Source: Haliotis cracherodii (taxonomy: Eukaryota). Taken from it: a DNA stretch of 64,000 bases. The stretch is from assembly GCF_022045235.1 (NCBI RefSeq), contig NW_027266286.1, forward strand, positions 70,494,001 to 70,558,000, given 5' to 3'. The notes below the pieces were generated by a model. The model was not told the origin of the DNA. It saw only the letters and a list, made by a program, of their open reading frames with translations, and ran no database searches. This document shows positions 40,656 through 51,821 of this stretch, in pieces; positions within the stretch are counted from its first letter, which is position 1; the number at the start of each line of letters is the position of its first letter. Made by a program: the position numbers and the translations under genes.

Positions 40656-40899
40656 TTGGAGGATTGTAAGAATTCCGTGTGAGAAAGCACCCTAGACTTC
40701 TATCAATGCATGCACTATTCGAGCGAGAATTTCCTATTATCAATATCTGGGTGGGTGGTAAAATATATAGATTTTTACGCTCGTGAAATTGTTCGCTATT
40801 AGATAAAATAAGCTCAATATCAACATTTAGAATCGTGATTGTCTGACAATGGGCATTAGTCATGAGCCATGGATAGGAAAGATTGGAAGTTTTACAATG

Positions 40900-43270
40900 C
40901 CAGGATACAGGAAGCCTGACAACATGGACGCCGGATAATTTTGTTTATCTATTGTGTTTCTTTTTATGTGCAGCTTTACGCTTATTGGTATCGTGCATAC
41001 GATGGCTTTGTGAATCATTGGGAAGTTGAATTCACTACTGACAACACCGAGGAGATATATTACAATTTAACGGTAGTGACGAAAGATTTTCCTGGTTAAT
41101 TCGAGCTATTCAGATTCCTTTTTAAAGGAGACAATGTACATGTTTGAAAATTTGTATTCGCAAGCGGTTGATGTCTCTGGCCCACTTTCTTGGTGTCAGT
41201 GTGTTCGTAAACATAGTAGTCCTAGCTGGTGATGTGGAGAGTAATCCTTTACCTAATACCAGACAGACTACCCTCACAAGTACTGATGATATCCAGGTAT
41301 TGCGGGCAGATATTTCTGTTGCTGGAGCTACTGAAAGCCTAACGGAATAAACTGTAGTAATTAACATGAACATTACCAGAGCATAAACTAATTTGAACTC
41401 ATTGAAGGGGTAAGAAGAGGCATAAGACAAGAGTGAGATGTTATTCACTTCGGAATTACCTGCTGCGGTATACCTGGTGACCCCGAGGAAAGCCCTCCTC
41501 TGTGAGAGGAACATGTGTGTCATTTCTACATGAATTCCTTGTATGACTGAATATCAAGTTAAGCATTTTTCATACAACACGCGGACCAAGTTTACGACAA
41601 TAGTCAGGCCCTATCAGAATCATGTGCCTTCATTTCTACATGAATTCCATATATGACTGAATATCAAGTTAAGCATTTTTCATATAACACGTGGACCACG
41701 TTCACGACAATAGTCAGGCTCTGTCAGAAAAGTTCTTATCCAGATATGACACAGATGCAATATTTGATTCGGCACATGTTTTATAAAAATATGATTCAAA
41801 GCTAAAAGTATCCAAGGACTACACCTACAGAATACGAACCAGGAGGAAGCTGTTTCTTCCTTTATAAATTATATCCTCCAGAAATGAGGTTGAGGGTTTA
41901 CTTGGATGACAAGCTGGTCTCAGATAAAGTGACGTATCTGTATGAAGAATCAAGTGCGGATCTTGTCACACAGGGTAAAAACGTTCTATTCTTCTTCTGC
42001 ACTGATACTTACTGCGACCCTCATCCTGAGATGCGCATCCCTAGGGACTCGGGTGTGACCCAGCGCACGCCTACACGGGTGCTCCATCTTTAGCTAGAAT
42101 GTAAACGGACTTGATAACAAGCTTAGTATTTCTAACGCAATCAGTTTTCTTTCTAATTTAGATTTTGTCTGTTTGAAACATGGTCACATATATTTAGCCA
42201 ATATTCCTGTTTCCAGTCGATTCGCGAAAAGAATAAAAATATGGCCACTTTAGTAGACGTCTCACATTACATGTCAAAGGTATTTTCTCGTTCACATTCA
42301 GTGTGACTGAATACTATTTGTTTCATAAACTAAAAGCGACCCAAAATATTTAACATTCTTAATTTTAAGTGTGGTCAATTCTACGATCCCGACCATATCG
42401 TGAGCACGTGTTTCATGTGAATCACTACCTAATTCTACCATGGCATTAAAGAATGTTCGATTCGGATTGCTTAAAAGGACGTTTCCTTCTTGCTACAGAA
42501 ACCAAGAAGGGGAGAACAATTGGTGGCCATGGAGATGCCTACTTCTTGCCTGAATGCCTTACCCAAAACTTTCACATAGATGTTATCAAAGAGTAACTCC
42601 AGCATTTCACATAAAACAATACTCTCCTGGCGATAAAATGTGAAATATTATAAGATGCTGACATTAATGGATATGTGAAAGTGACCAAACGTCCATCGAG
42701 ACAGAATGGACAAATGTTAACACGGACTTTTAATGGGATTTATTCAACCACGACAGAGGATATATGCTCGGCGTTTGGCATGTACTTTGCTGATTTAGCT
42801 ACGTCTGTAATGTCTGATTGTTTTGATAAATCCTTTGTACTTTCTAAATCGGAGAAGTGGTATTTTAGGTAACTTCCTGTTGAATGTGTTACCTCGTATA
42901 AATATTACGGCATAACTTTCTCTAGAAATATCTCTTGAGATAAGCACTTTGACAGTGCTATTTTGCAATCTAAATGAGCATTATTTTGTATTTAAGAAGT
43001 TTATCAATTCTTAAACCTATACTATATGATGTTATGATGATATGGGTTTTGATAGCAAAGTACTACCAATTTTATTGTATGGTGCTGAGGTGTGGGGCAT
43101 GGATATTGATTGTAATTCAAAACTAGAAATTGTTGATATGGTTGCCCCCAAGTCTTTTCTTGGTGTTGAGATGTCCACTGTTAACATGTTGCAATACTGG
43201 AGGAAATAAGGACGATCTAAGGCCTTGAAATGTTTACACTGACAGCCATACAACAACCGGTTGTATCGTT
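40900..43270 (+). mobile_element. Decayed LINE with a 2A-like motif in ORF1
   Basis: VVLAGDVESNPLPNTRQTTL (~41216-41275); ORF1-like VSKDYTYRIRTRRK; post-RT motifs YKYYGITFS and FDSKVLPILLYGAEVWG. Boundaries approximate. Confidence 0.65.
41510..41729. repeat. 110-bp tandem duplication
   Basis: CATTTCTACATGAATTCC at 41521 and 41631. Confidence 0.9.
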
Positions 43271-44471
43271 GAATGAAGTTGTTCCTCGAAAAGAGAGGTG
43301 ACATGAGCGTGTTCCTATAGGAACATCTTTTGTAGTTTCTTCACACCAAAATAGTCATCATTTGATGAGAAAGGTATGTTAAGAACTACCCCAGTAATAC
43401 ATGTACATGTCAAAATGGACGACACGATAAACGTGACAGGAGATATTTCCGAAGTTGTTAATGAACCTGTGGCGGTTACATGTGTTAGATATTATTGATC
43501 AACTGGCGATCACTGAAAGGTGATTGTAAAGATGTGTCAAAAAGATACTAAGCTGAATTCATATATAGCTGTAGACTGACACGGATCGATTGGATACCAC
43601 AATAGTTTGGAAGTGAATTTCTTCGTTTTGTTCCCTCGGATGGGTCGTAGCGAGGATATTTGTGAACGAAAATGCTCTCAAACACTCTCACCTTTCTCAA
43701 TGTATGCTACAACACTAGTTCAAGATTAAAGGGTCTAAATGATTAAAAAAACGCCTCTGTATTTATTCATGCTAAGGATTTCACAGGGGTTCCCCCAATC
43801 ATGTGTAAGTAGCCCGTCAGTGTTTACGTCATACAAGAATACAATCTCGTGAAAAACGTATGAACTTCAAAATGTGTCGTTCATACACTTATGAACATCA
43901 TGTGACCAACCTCTCGTCCAATGGAAACGCCGTATTTCGTGTAAACTTCAAATTTGAAAATTATTCTAAAACCGTTTAAGTTGAAAAACCTCTGATATAG
44001 AGACTTTCCCTTGGTCCTGGCACGCTAACCATGCCAATTTACATTCGAAAGTTTCCTTTCAACGGTTACTGCCTATGTACTATTAACAAGAACCAGGAAA
44101 TACATTGATGTCTGCTACTTCCGAGTGGAACAATTGTCCAAATAATGTATAGATCATCAGATAATCGGTCAGTGTGCAGTGAGGCACTAGAAGAATTTTG
44201 TTTGACGCCACAAAACGACAATTTCATCCACAAGACTGCGTATTGTACATAATCACGTTAGGACCAGACAAACCAGTGTTTGATATAACGAGACCAATCC
44301 ACATAAACAGAAGTTATTTGGAACCAGTTTCAATCCCCACCAGTTTCAATCCCCACGATATGTTCAGTGTATACATTTGGGAGCATTTTGATCTGTTTAT
44401 CTTGGCGTTCAGAAATCACATCAAGACCAAATTGACACAGGCCATAGACGTTTACCTTACAAAGGCATGAG

Positions 44472-44784
44472 ACCGCCTCCGTGGTCTAGTAGTAGAGTGT
44501 CCACCCTGAGAGCGGTAGGTCCGGGGTTCGATCCCCTGCCGTGTCATACCAAAAGATGTTAAAAGATGGCATTAAGGTGCTAAAACAAGAACGGGTCGGC
44601 TCGGAGTCAGTATACTGTGTCTGAGTGGGGTATTCATGTTAAACTGAGGCATGGTACTAGCACTATAAATCGGCATCAGCCCTGACTAGTACAAGCAGCC
44701 ACGCAAACACACACACGTACATGCACGTCGCTATATAAGTGCAATAATCTTGGACGCGACGTTAAACCCAATTTCACCTAACCT
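44472..44784 (+). mobile_element. SINE family D (tRNA head, Meta-domain-like body)
   Basis: A box TGGTCTAGTAG, B box GGTTCGATCCC, CGTGTCATACCAAAAGATGTTAAAAGATGG; tail GCGACGTTAAACCC. Partial copies at 17180-17322 (-) and 53160-53415 (+). The Meta-domain name is from memory of the consensus. Confidence 0.8.
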
Positions 44785-44959
44785 ACAAAGGCATGATATT
44801 GAAATGATAATTAGGGCCAATATGGGATCCGACCCAACGATAGCGTCATGGCTGAGGGACGCAAATATCCACCAACAATTGCAGCATGACTTTTCATGAA
44901 AAGGCGCTCTCAATAAAGGATGTTGTCTTTAAGGTATAATAATTCAGTGTGCTAGTTTC

Positions 44960-45142
44960 GTCCTTTTCCTTTTCTCAATCATGACATCTTTATAGCTGTA
45001 GCGAGATAAATGACAAGCCTGTCCTTTTCCTTTTCTCAATCATGACATCTTTATAGCTGTAGCGAGATAAATGACAAGCCTGCCCTTTTCCTTTTCTCAA
45101 TCATGACATCTTTATAGCTGTAGTGAGAGAAATGACAAGCTT
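44960..45142. repeat. 61-bp tandem repeat x3 just upstream of the TLR-C first exon
   Basis: Units start at 44960, 45021 and 45082. Confidence 0.95.
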
Positions 45143-45219
45143 GTCATGTAATCAATGGCATATCTAGTATCAGGAAAGCGATTGGTAAAGGAAGTAATAC
45201 ATTGAACAAGAAGGAAGCG

Positions 45220-45285
45220 ACTCTCACTACAAAACACAGCACAAACCTTAGCTACAGTTTGTCTTTTATTCATATTTCCAAAGAG
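45220..45285 (+). other. Candidate non-coding first exon of TLR-C (intron 45286-47159)
   Basis: Block CACAGCACAAACCTTAGCTACAGTTTG...CCAAAGAG|GTGAGT recurs four times in the cluster, always in TLR orientation; matching acceptor just before the ATG. 5' start approximate. Confidence 0.6.
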
Positions 45286-45461
45286 GTGAGTAAACGAAAC
45301 TAATTTGTTTTTTCTTTCGATTCAAGTATCTGAGCTGTTGCAGTTGTTTTCCTACCAAATGTGTCAGATCACTTCGTTTAACAGGTGCTGTTCCCGTGGT
45401 GATACCTGCAGTGATTGGTTATTAACTATTCTTTCACGTTCTGCTCGTTTTGTATTCTGTT

Positions 45462-45860
45462 GCATGTCAGTGTACTGGTGTCCACTCGGCGTATTCCTCT
45501 ACCTCCATGATACCTCGAACGCCACTGGGGTGGGGATACTGCATGTCAGTGTACTGGTGTCTACTCGGCGTATTCCTCTACCTCCATGATACCTCGAACG
45601 CCACTGGGGTGGGGATACTGCATGTCAGTGTACTGGTGTCTACTCGGCGTATTCCTCTACCTCCATGACACCTCGAACGCCACTGAGGTGGGGATACTGC
45701 ATGTCAGTGTACTGGTGTCTACTCGGCGTATTCCACTACCTCCATGACACCTGGAACACCTCTGGGGTGTGGATACTGCATGTCAGTGTACTGGTGTCTA
45801 CTCGGCGTATTCCACTACCTCCATGACACCTCGAACACCACTGCACTGCATGATACTGCA
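45462..45860. repeat. 79-bp minisatellite x5 in the TLR-C intron
   Basis: GCATGTCAGTGTACTGGTG at 45462, 45541, 45620, 45699 and 45778. Confidence 0.95.
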
Positions 45861-46774
45861 TGAATTCGGTGTAAACCGCGTAACAGCAGATCACGCCGCA
45901 TATTGTATCCTTGGTAACGTTGTTCTTTCATTCTTCTCAATCACGATGGCGCATCTACGCGAATGATAGATCAGTGAAATAGATTCTTTAAACTTGTCGA
46001 ATAATTGAATGTTGTTCCCTGGAAAGAAATATGACATGTGACAGAAGCCACAAAGCTTTTTGCAAGGGAGGCGTTGATGCCTCTTGAATTATATCTGTCT
46101 CTGACCACAGGCCTGAGCAACGCTGCAAACGTTTTATATCAACAAGTACATGTGTTGCCCATCGATGGGCACATAGCAACATTCTGCAGTCACACTGCTG
46201 TGCAGTTGCTCTTCCTCGCCTTGTTCACCCGAGGGGACGCCATTGCACGCACCAAGCCATAGATTAATGTCGATTACGGTATCGTGTAGTGCAACCGGCT
46301 CGGCAAGATAACATTAGTGGTAAAAACGTAAGTTGCAACGTTTACGACAGAAAACACCTCAAGTCACAATAACAGGCCACGCAGAACTTTGTCAAAGTTA
46401 ACATGCCTTACTTGGCTCCACAATGCGCTTGTGGAATGTTTAGTGTCACGCGAATAAACTGAACCAACTTATATCTGGAATAACTGTTTAAATCCTACTT
46501 ATTGCTGCGTGGGATTTTGGATATTTCTACAGTCAATCTTACTTTGTCGTTTCTACATTTTACAAAGAAACATGAAAGACGCATATCCCTTGTTGTTCAA
46601 GTACGGAAGAGAATAATGTGAATCGATTTCTGATTTTCCCTTTTCACTGTTATTACCTGTTGTGAATACTTACACTGGCTTGTTGATCGCTTTTACCTTT
46701 CATGTCAGCAAAGGTCAGCGTCCGAGTTTCTGAGGATCACAGAGTCATGTCCCTTCTTTCCATCCTTCTTTGAA

Positions 46775-47007
46775 GGTTGGTTGGTTTGTTGTTTGACGCC
46801 GCATTCAGCAATATTCCAGCTATAGGACGGCGGTCTGTAAACAATCGACCAGACAATCATGAGCATCGATCCACGCAATTGGGATCGATGACATGCTTCA
46901 ACCAAGTCGACCACCCGATCCCGTTAGTCGCCTCTTACGATAAGCATAGTCGCCTTTAAAGCAAGTATGAGTTGCTGAAGACATATTCTACCCCGGATCT
47001 TCACGGC
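46775..47007 (-). mobile_element. Short retroposon family C in the TLR-C intron
   Basis: Same 5' end and tail with internal deletions. Other fragments at ~1799-1832, 7856-8150, 27967-28250, 38810-39250, 52920-53160, 56278-56365 and 58610-58782. Confidence 0.8.
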
Positions 47008-47164
47008 TTTATTAGCAATAGGATTAGGATTAGGATTTACTACCATCATCAGTGAATTGATTCCTGTATAACTAGCAAATTATGCAAGGTTTGTTCGTAC
47101 TGAACTCAGATGCTATCAGTATAACCGTTTATGATATGTCATTGAATCTTCTTTTCCAGTCATT

Positions 47165-49615
47165 ATGGCAGCGGTCATCGGAATTCTCATAATGGTTGCA
47201 GTAAGGATCTCAAAGGTCAATACTCACGTCTGTACTTTCCATGAGCAACATCGCGGGCTGTGTGTTGACTGTAGAGGGAGACAACTCCTGTATATTCCTG
47301 ACGACCTTCCATGGAACGTTACCTCCCTTGACATCAGTGACAATCAGATTACAGTTGTGAGAAATTTGACATTTCAAAACTGTGGCTGTCTTAAGTACAT
47401 AAACCTGAACAATAACTTACTTATCACTATGGAGCCTGATGCCTTGGTGGGGGTATTCAGTCTGACCACTCTGCTTCTTGCAAGCAACAAACTGTCGCAC
47501 AACAACAACTCCTTACCCGAAGGACTTTTCCGTGACCTTGGAAATTTGCATACAATCAATCTTGAGAATAATAAGATGAAAGCATATCCAGATTTGGTGT
47601 TAGCTCCCCTCACCAAGCTCCACAGCCTGTACATTGACCCCGTTCCAGATGCTGTCTTTGGGTCTGGATTCTCCAAACTGACAAATCTCAAAGTTCTCAA
47701 GATGGATGGTGGCCACTGTTCTTTAGAAAAAATAACAAATGAAACATTTCGACGTTTAAATGAAACAAAACTTGAGGTACTTCTTCTTAATCACTGTCAC
47801 CATTTAACGTTGTGTGAGACTGGTGTTCTTGACCCGTTGCCCTTCCTCAAACATCTGGAACTAACCAACAATGCCATCGGTATCCAAAATGTTTTACATC
47901 TTCTTTATCCTCTTGTTGGAAGGAACATGACAAGAATATGGTTGAACAACACATTTAAAACCAAACCTCGCTTTAAGGAAGATGTGGATGATCGTATCCT
48001 AACAGAATACAGCACACGCTTTTTGGCTCAGATATGTGTTTCTGAGTTGTCCTTGAAAGGTAACCGAATATGTTTAATTGAAACAAGTTCTTTCAACAAG
48101 TCACCCATTCGTGAATGTTTGGAAGTGTTTGATCTCTCAGAAAACCGTCTCATTGGAGATCTAGGGGTTTTGGTAATTTTTGCATTGTTTTCAAGACTGA
48201 GACATCTGGACGTTGGTCATCAACATCATACATTTGATCCAAACGTATGGGAAGACGAAGATGGAAGAAAAGGTGAGAATATCACTATGATGCTACCCCG
48301 AAACCTTCAATATTTTGATGTAACAGGGGCATTCATGTTGTCATTTACTTTTGATGAAATCACGTTTACAAACACAGAAAATCTTGACACATTGCTTTTT
48401 GGATACAATCAACAACATGATCGTATTCGTGTGAAAGGGTTAGAAAATGTAAGTCACGTTGACTTATCTGGAAACAAACTTGGCAATGTTACTGAAGAAT
48501 TTTTTAAGTCATTTTCAAACGTCAAAGCTTTGTCTTTGAAAGACTGCAACTTACAATTTGCCAATAATGTGCTAAATGCTAGGAATATCTTTGGTGTACT
48601 TCAAGTAGTCGAATATTTAGATCTTTCGTTGAATGGCCTACAATTATTCCCATTCATCTTAAATCAAAATAAAATCATTCATCTTAATCTCTCGCAAAAC
48701 AGATTTGATACCATTCCCATTGTGACAACTACTTTTCCACGTCTTACGCTTCTGAACATGTCATATAATATGATAGGACATTTGGATAAGTATACACAAT
48801 CTGACTTGGATTCCTCAGCTGAAAGAAACAGTCTGAAGGTCATAGTTCAAGGCAACATATTTTCTTGTGGCTGTGAAAATCTGGACTTTATCCTGTGGTT
48901 GATGGACTCACCAGTAATTTATGAGTCTGACAGGAATTTCCCTTGTATTCAGGACAACGGACAAATGACAAGAACTGTTGAGGTTGTCGGGGATTACATG
49001 AGCATCTACCGTCACTGTACTGGTAAATGGATCCTAACTCTCACTGTCACATGTTTGACTGTCTTCCTGACGTCTATTGCAATTGTATACCTTATCTCCA
49101 AAAACCCAACTAGATTCAAAAACATAGTCATGGGAACACTTGGGTTTGGCGTCCAGTATCTTACTCGAAAAGATTTTTCCTTCACACTCTACATCGGATA
49201 TTGTGAAGCTGACATTCCTTTTGTTTATCGGAAACTACGGCCTGCATTAGAGCTCTGTAATCACCCTGTGCGTCTCTTCTTAAAAGATCGTGAAGTACTT
49301 CCGGGTCATGACATTGCTGACGGAATTATAGAAGGTATTAACAAAAGTTGGAAGACCGTTCTTGTTGTATCACATGATTTCCTTGACGACCCCTCTGCCT
49401 GGTCACATTTCACCATCAATGCAGCAATATACTCCATGAATGCCCTCATTCCTAACCGGATATTGATCCTACTGGTTGGTGACATCCAAGCACAGGACCT
49501 TCCTCAGTGTCTGTTAAACATGGTTGAGGAGGAATTTATAATACACGTGGACGAGTACCCTGAAGAGACAGCGTTGTGGAAACATCTGAGACAGATTGCA
49601 AATTTGGAACAATAA
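47165..49615 (+). CDS. TLR: Toll-like receptor TLR-C, 816 aa, head-to-head with TLR-B
   Basis: Same architecture. Acceptor TCTTCTTTTCCAG ending at 47159, ATG at 47165; AATAAA at 49794 after the stop. Confidence 0.95.
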   Translation: MAAVIGILIMVAVRISKVNTHVCTFHEQHRGLCVDCRGRQLLYIPDDLPWNVTSLDISDNQITVVRNLTFQNCGCLKYINLNNNLLITMEPDALVGVFSLTTLLLASNKLSHNNNSLPEGLFRDLGNLHTINLENNKMKAYPDLVLAPLTKLHSLYIDPVPDAVFGSGFSKLTNLKVLKMDGGHCSLEKITNETFRRLNETKLEVLLLNHCHHLTLCETGVLDPLPFLKHLELTNNAIGIQNVLHLLYPLVGRNMTRIWLNNTFKTKPRFKEDVDDRILTEYSTRFLAQICVSELSLKGNRICLIETSSFNKSPIRECLEVFDLSENRLIGDLGVLVIFALFSRLRHLDVGHQHHTFDPNVWEDEDGRKGENITMMLPRNLQYFDVTGAFMLSFTFDEITFTNTENLDTLLFGYNQQHDRIRVKGLENVSHVDLSGNKLGNVTEEFFKSFSNVKALSLKDCNLQFANNVLNARNIFGVLQVVEYLDLSLNGLQLFPFILNQNKIIHLNLSQNRFDTIPIVTTTFPRLTLLNMSYNMIGHLDKYTQSDLDSSAERNSLKVIVQGNIFSCGCENLDFILWLMDSPVIYESDRNFPCIQDNGQMTRTVEVVGDYMSIYRHCTGKWILTLTVTCLTVFLTSIAIVYLISKNPTRFKNIVMGTLGFGVQYLTRKDFSFTLYIGYCEADIPFVYRKLRPALELCNHPVRLFLKDREVLPGHDIADGIIEGINKSWKTVLVVSHDFLDDPSAWSHFTINAAIYSMNALIPNRILILLVGDIQAQDLPQCLLNMVEEEFIIHVDEYPEETALWKHLRQIANLEQ

Positions 49616-50419
49616 TGGTTGTGTAATTGAAACGATATTTAATACGTTCAAAGTTATTTATGCAACCTTTAAGCTTCATCTTTCACATGACCTAAAGCAA
49701 ACAAGGATCCACTGACAGTCTATCTCATCTTTATCGTTATAAAAGCTACATGTCAATTCTATATATATAAAGAAGTATCTTTCTTTACAAATCAATAAAA
49801 CAAATTAAATCAATATTAGTCAGATTTATATGTCGTACCTTTGGTTTACATTTAGCGAGTGGGAGATAGTCTAATACCCCTCTTGAGGAGAGATTGTGAA
49901 TTTATTGTCATTCGAATGGAAAATAAATTTTGAGAATGAAATCCATGTTTTGTTTGTTTGTAAATTATATAATGATGTAAGAAATGCTTTTATTATTCTT
50001 TATGTACATAATTTAGAAAATCCATGAGATTACGAACTTTATGGGTGAAAAATCACATTTTGACTTCTTAATCTATTTTAATACTACGGTATCGTAGGAC
50101 AATATAAATGCAATTCATAACCTTAAATTCATGAGATGCGTAGCATCAAACATTTGGACCCATTTCCCATTTTCATATTAATAATTGTTTATGTAATGTT
50201 TCCAGTTTTTTTAATATAATGTCTGCTTAATTGAAATGTTTTTGAAATTTGTTTTTATATTACGAACTAAGGTGAGAAAAATAGGATATTTTTGTACAGT
50301 CCGCACACATGGATAGATTTACAGAAGTTAGTTGACGTCAAAGAACTTTCTTTTTGACGTCACATCACAATTGAATTCTATCACCCATAAGGTTACTTGT
50401 CTCCTTGTGGGTGACATAT

Positions 50420-51185
50420 ATAGTCTGGTTCAAAATTATTGAGAATTTTAATGTCATATTCGAGGAAGCATACATGAAATAACAATATTGACAAGTGTTT
50501 AAAATTGAAGTATGGTCAAAGGGAAGCAACTCTTCTTCGATTTTAGAAGTTGCAAATTAGAGTTATCTCCCTTGATTATGGAGCAGACGACTTTTCCTGA
50601 TATATGTCAGAAATGAGTGCAAAGGAGAAAAGAAGGTTGATTCTACAGCTCCATGATGTAGGCATCACTGATGCTGCTACATTAGCAAAGAGCACAGATA
50701 CTCCTCTTTCTACAGTGTATAGAGTTAAGAAGAATATTGAGAATGGTTCAGGAATTGAGCACAGAAAAGGAGCGGGGAGACCTCGAAAACTGGTATTTGG
50801 TGATCGTGTGAGACTGGGTATTTTGGCTTCTAAAAACAGAAGGGCGAGTATCTCAAATATCCAACATGAAATGGTAGATAGAGGGACAGTAAATGTATCC
50901 AAATCTACAGTACTAAGAAATTTGATTGACTTGGATGGGAAAAAATGAAAGGAATTGCCTCTCCGCTCTTGAAACAAGAACACAAGGATAGACGTGTAGA
51001 GTGATGTTTGGCGCATGAAAACTTTGACTGGAACAGTGTTATTTTCACAGATGAGAGCTCTGTATTAGTGTATCCTAACAATGTTAAAATGTGGACAAAA
51101 TGTCATTCCGTTCCATTGTACCAGAGACCAAAGTACAGTCCGAAGTTTCATGTTTGGGGAGGGATATCTTCACTTGGCATGTCTT
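50420..51185 (+). mobile_element. Tc1/mariner element, 5' half; frameshifted and truncated transposase
   Basis: HTH plus GRPRK linker (50604-50948), frameshift, stop, then WNSVIFTDES and VWGGIS; TIR-like AGTCTGGTTCAAAATTATTGAG at ~50422. Second and third catalytic residues absent. Confidence 0.85.
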
Positions 51186-51557
51186 ATATATCTCATCCCA
51201 TGTTTTCTGTATATATGCCACGTACACCCTCAATGAGCGTCGCCTGTGTTTTTGTGACAGTAAGTAGGCGAAGCGGTGGTATAATATACTCTTCCGCCCT
51301 TCAAAACACGAAGTGCTGGCTGAAGTCCGTATTTTCTATTTCTTCGTAATACACAAAATAAATAAGGCATTAGTCGTGACAAAACAGGTGCTAATTACCT
51401 AGCTGGCGACCATTTGCCCATTGCTTTGTCCATTCTTTCACCTATCAGTGCTAATAACCCCGGTTTCCCGTTTGCCCAGTGTCCATTACCTATTACTTAT
51501 CTATGATAACTTAAGGACTGGCTTCAATACTCGTATCAGCGCTAATTACTGCAAAGT

Positions 51558-51821
51558 TGGTTGGTTGGTTTGTTGTTTAACGCCGCACTCAGCAATATTC
51601 CAGCTATATGACGGCGGTCTGTAAATAATCGAGTCTGGACCAGACAATCCAGTGATTGATATCACGAGCATCGATCCACGCAATTGGGATCGATGGCATG
51701 CATCAACCAGGTCAGCGAGCCTGACCACCCGATCCTGTTAGTCGCCTTTTACAAGCAGAGTCACCTTTTACGGCAAGCATGGGTTGCTGAAGACCTATTC
51801 TACCCCGGAATCTTCACGGGT
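51558..51821 (-). mobile_element. Short retroposon family C (structured leader, (CAAC)n tail)
   Basis: 16-bp TSD CTAATTACTG(C/T)AAAGT; 5' end ACCCGTGAAGA; tail GCTGGAATATTGCTGAGTGCGGCGTTAAAC. Confidence 0.88.

Noticed and set aside
51546-51728. Recurrent small ORFs (...YRPPSYSWNIAECGVKQQ)
   Set aside because: Chance translations of retroposon family C, with frames that differ among copies.
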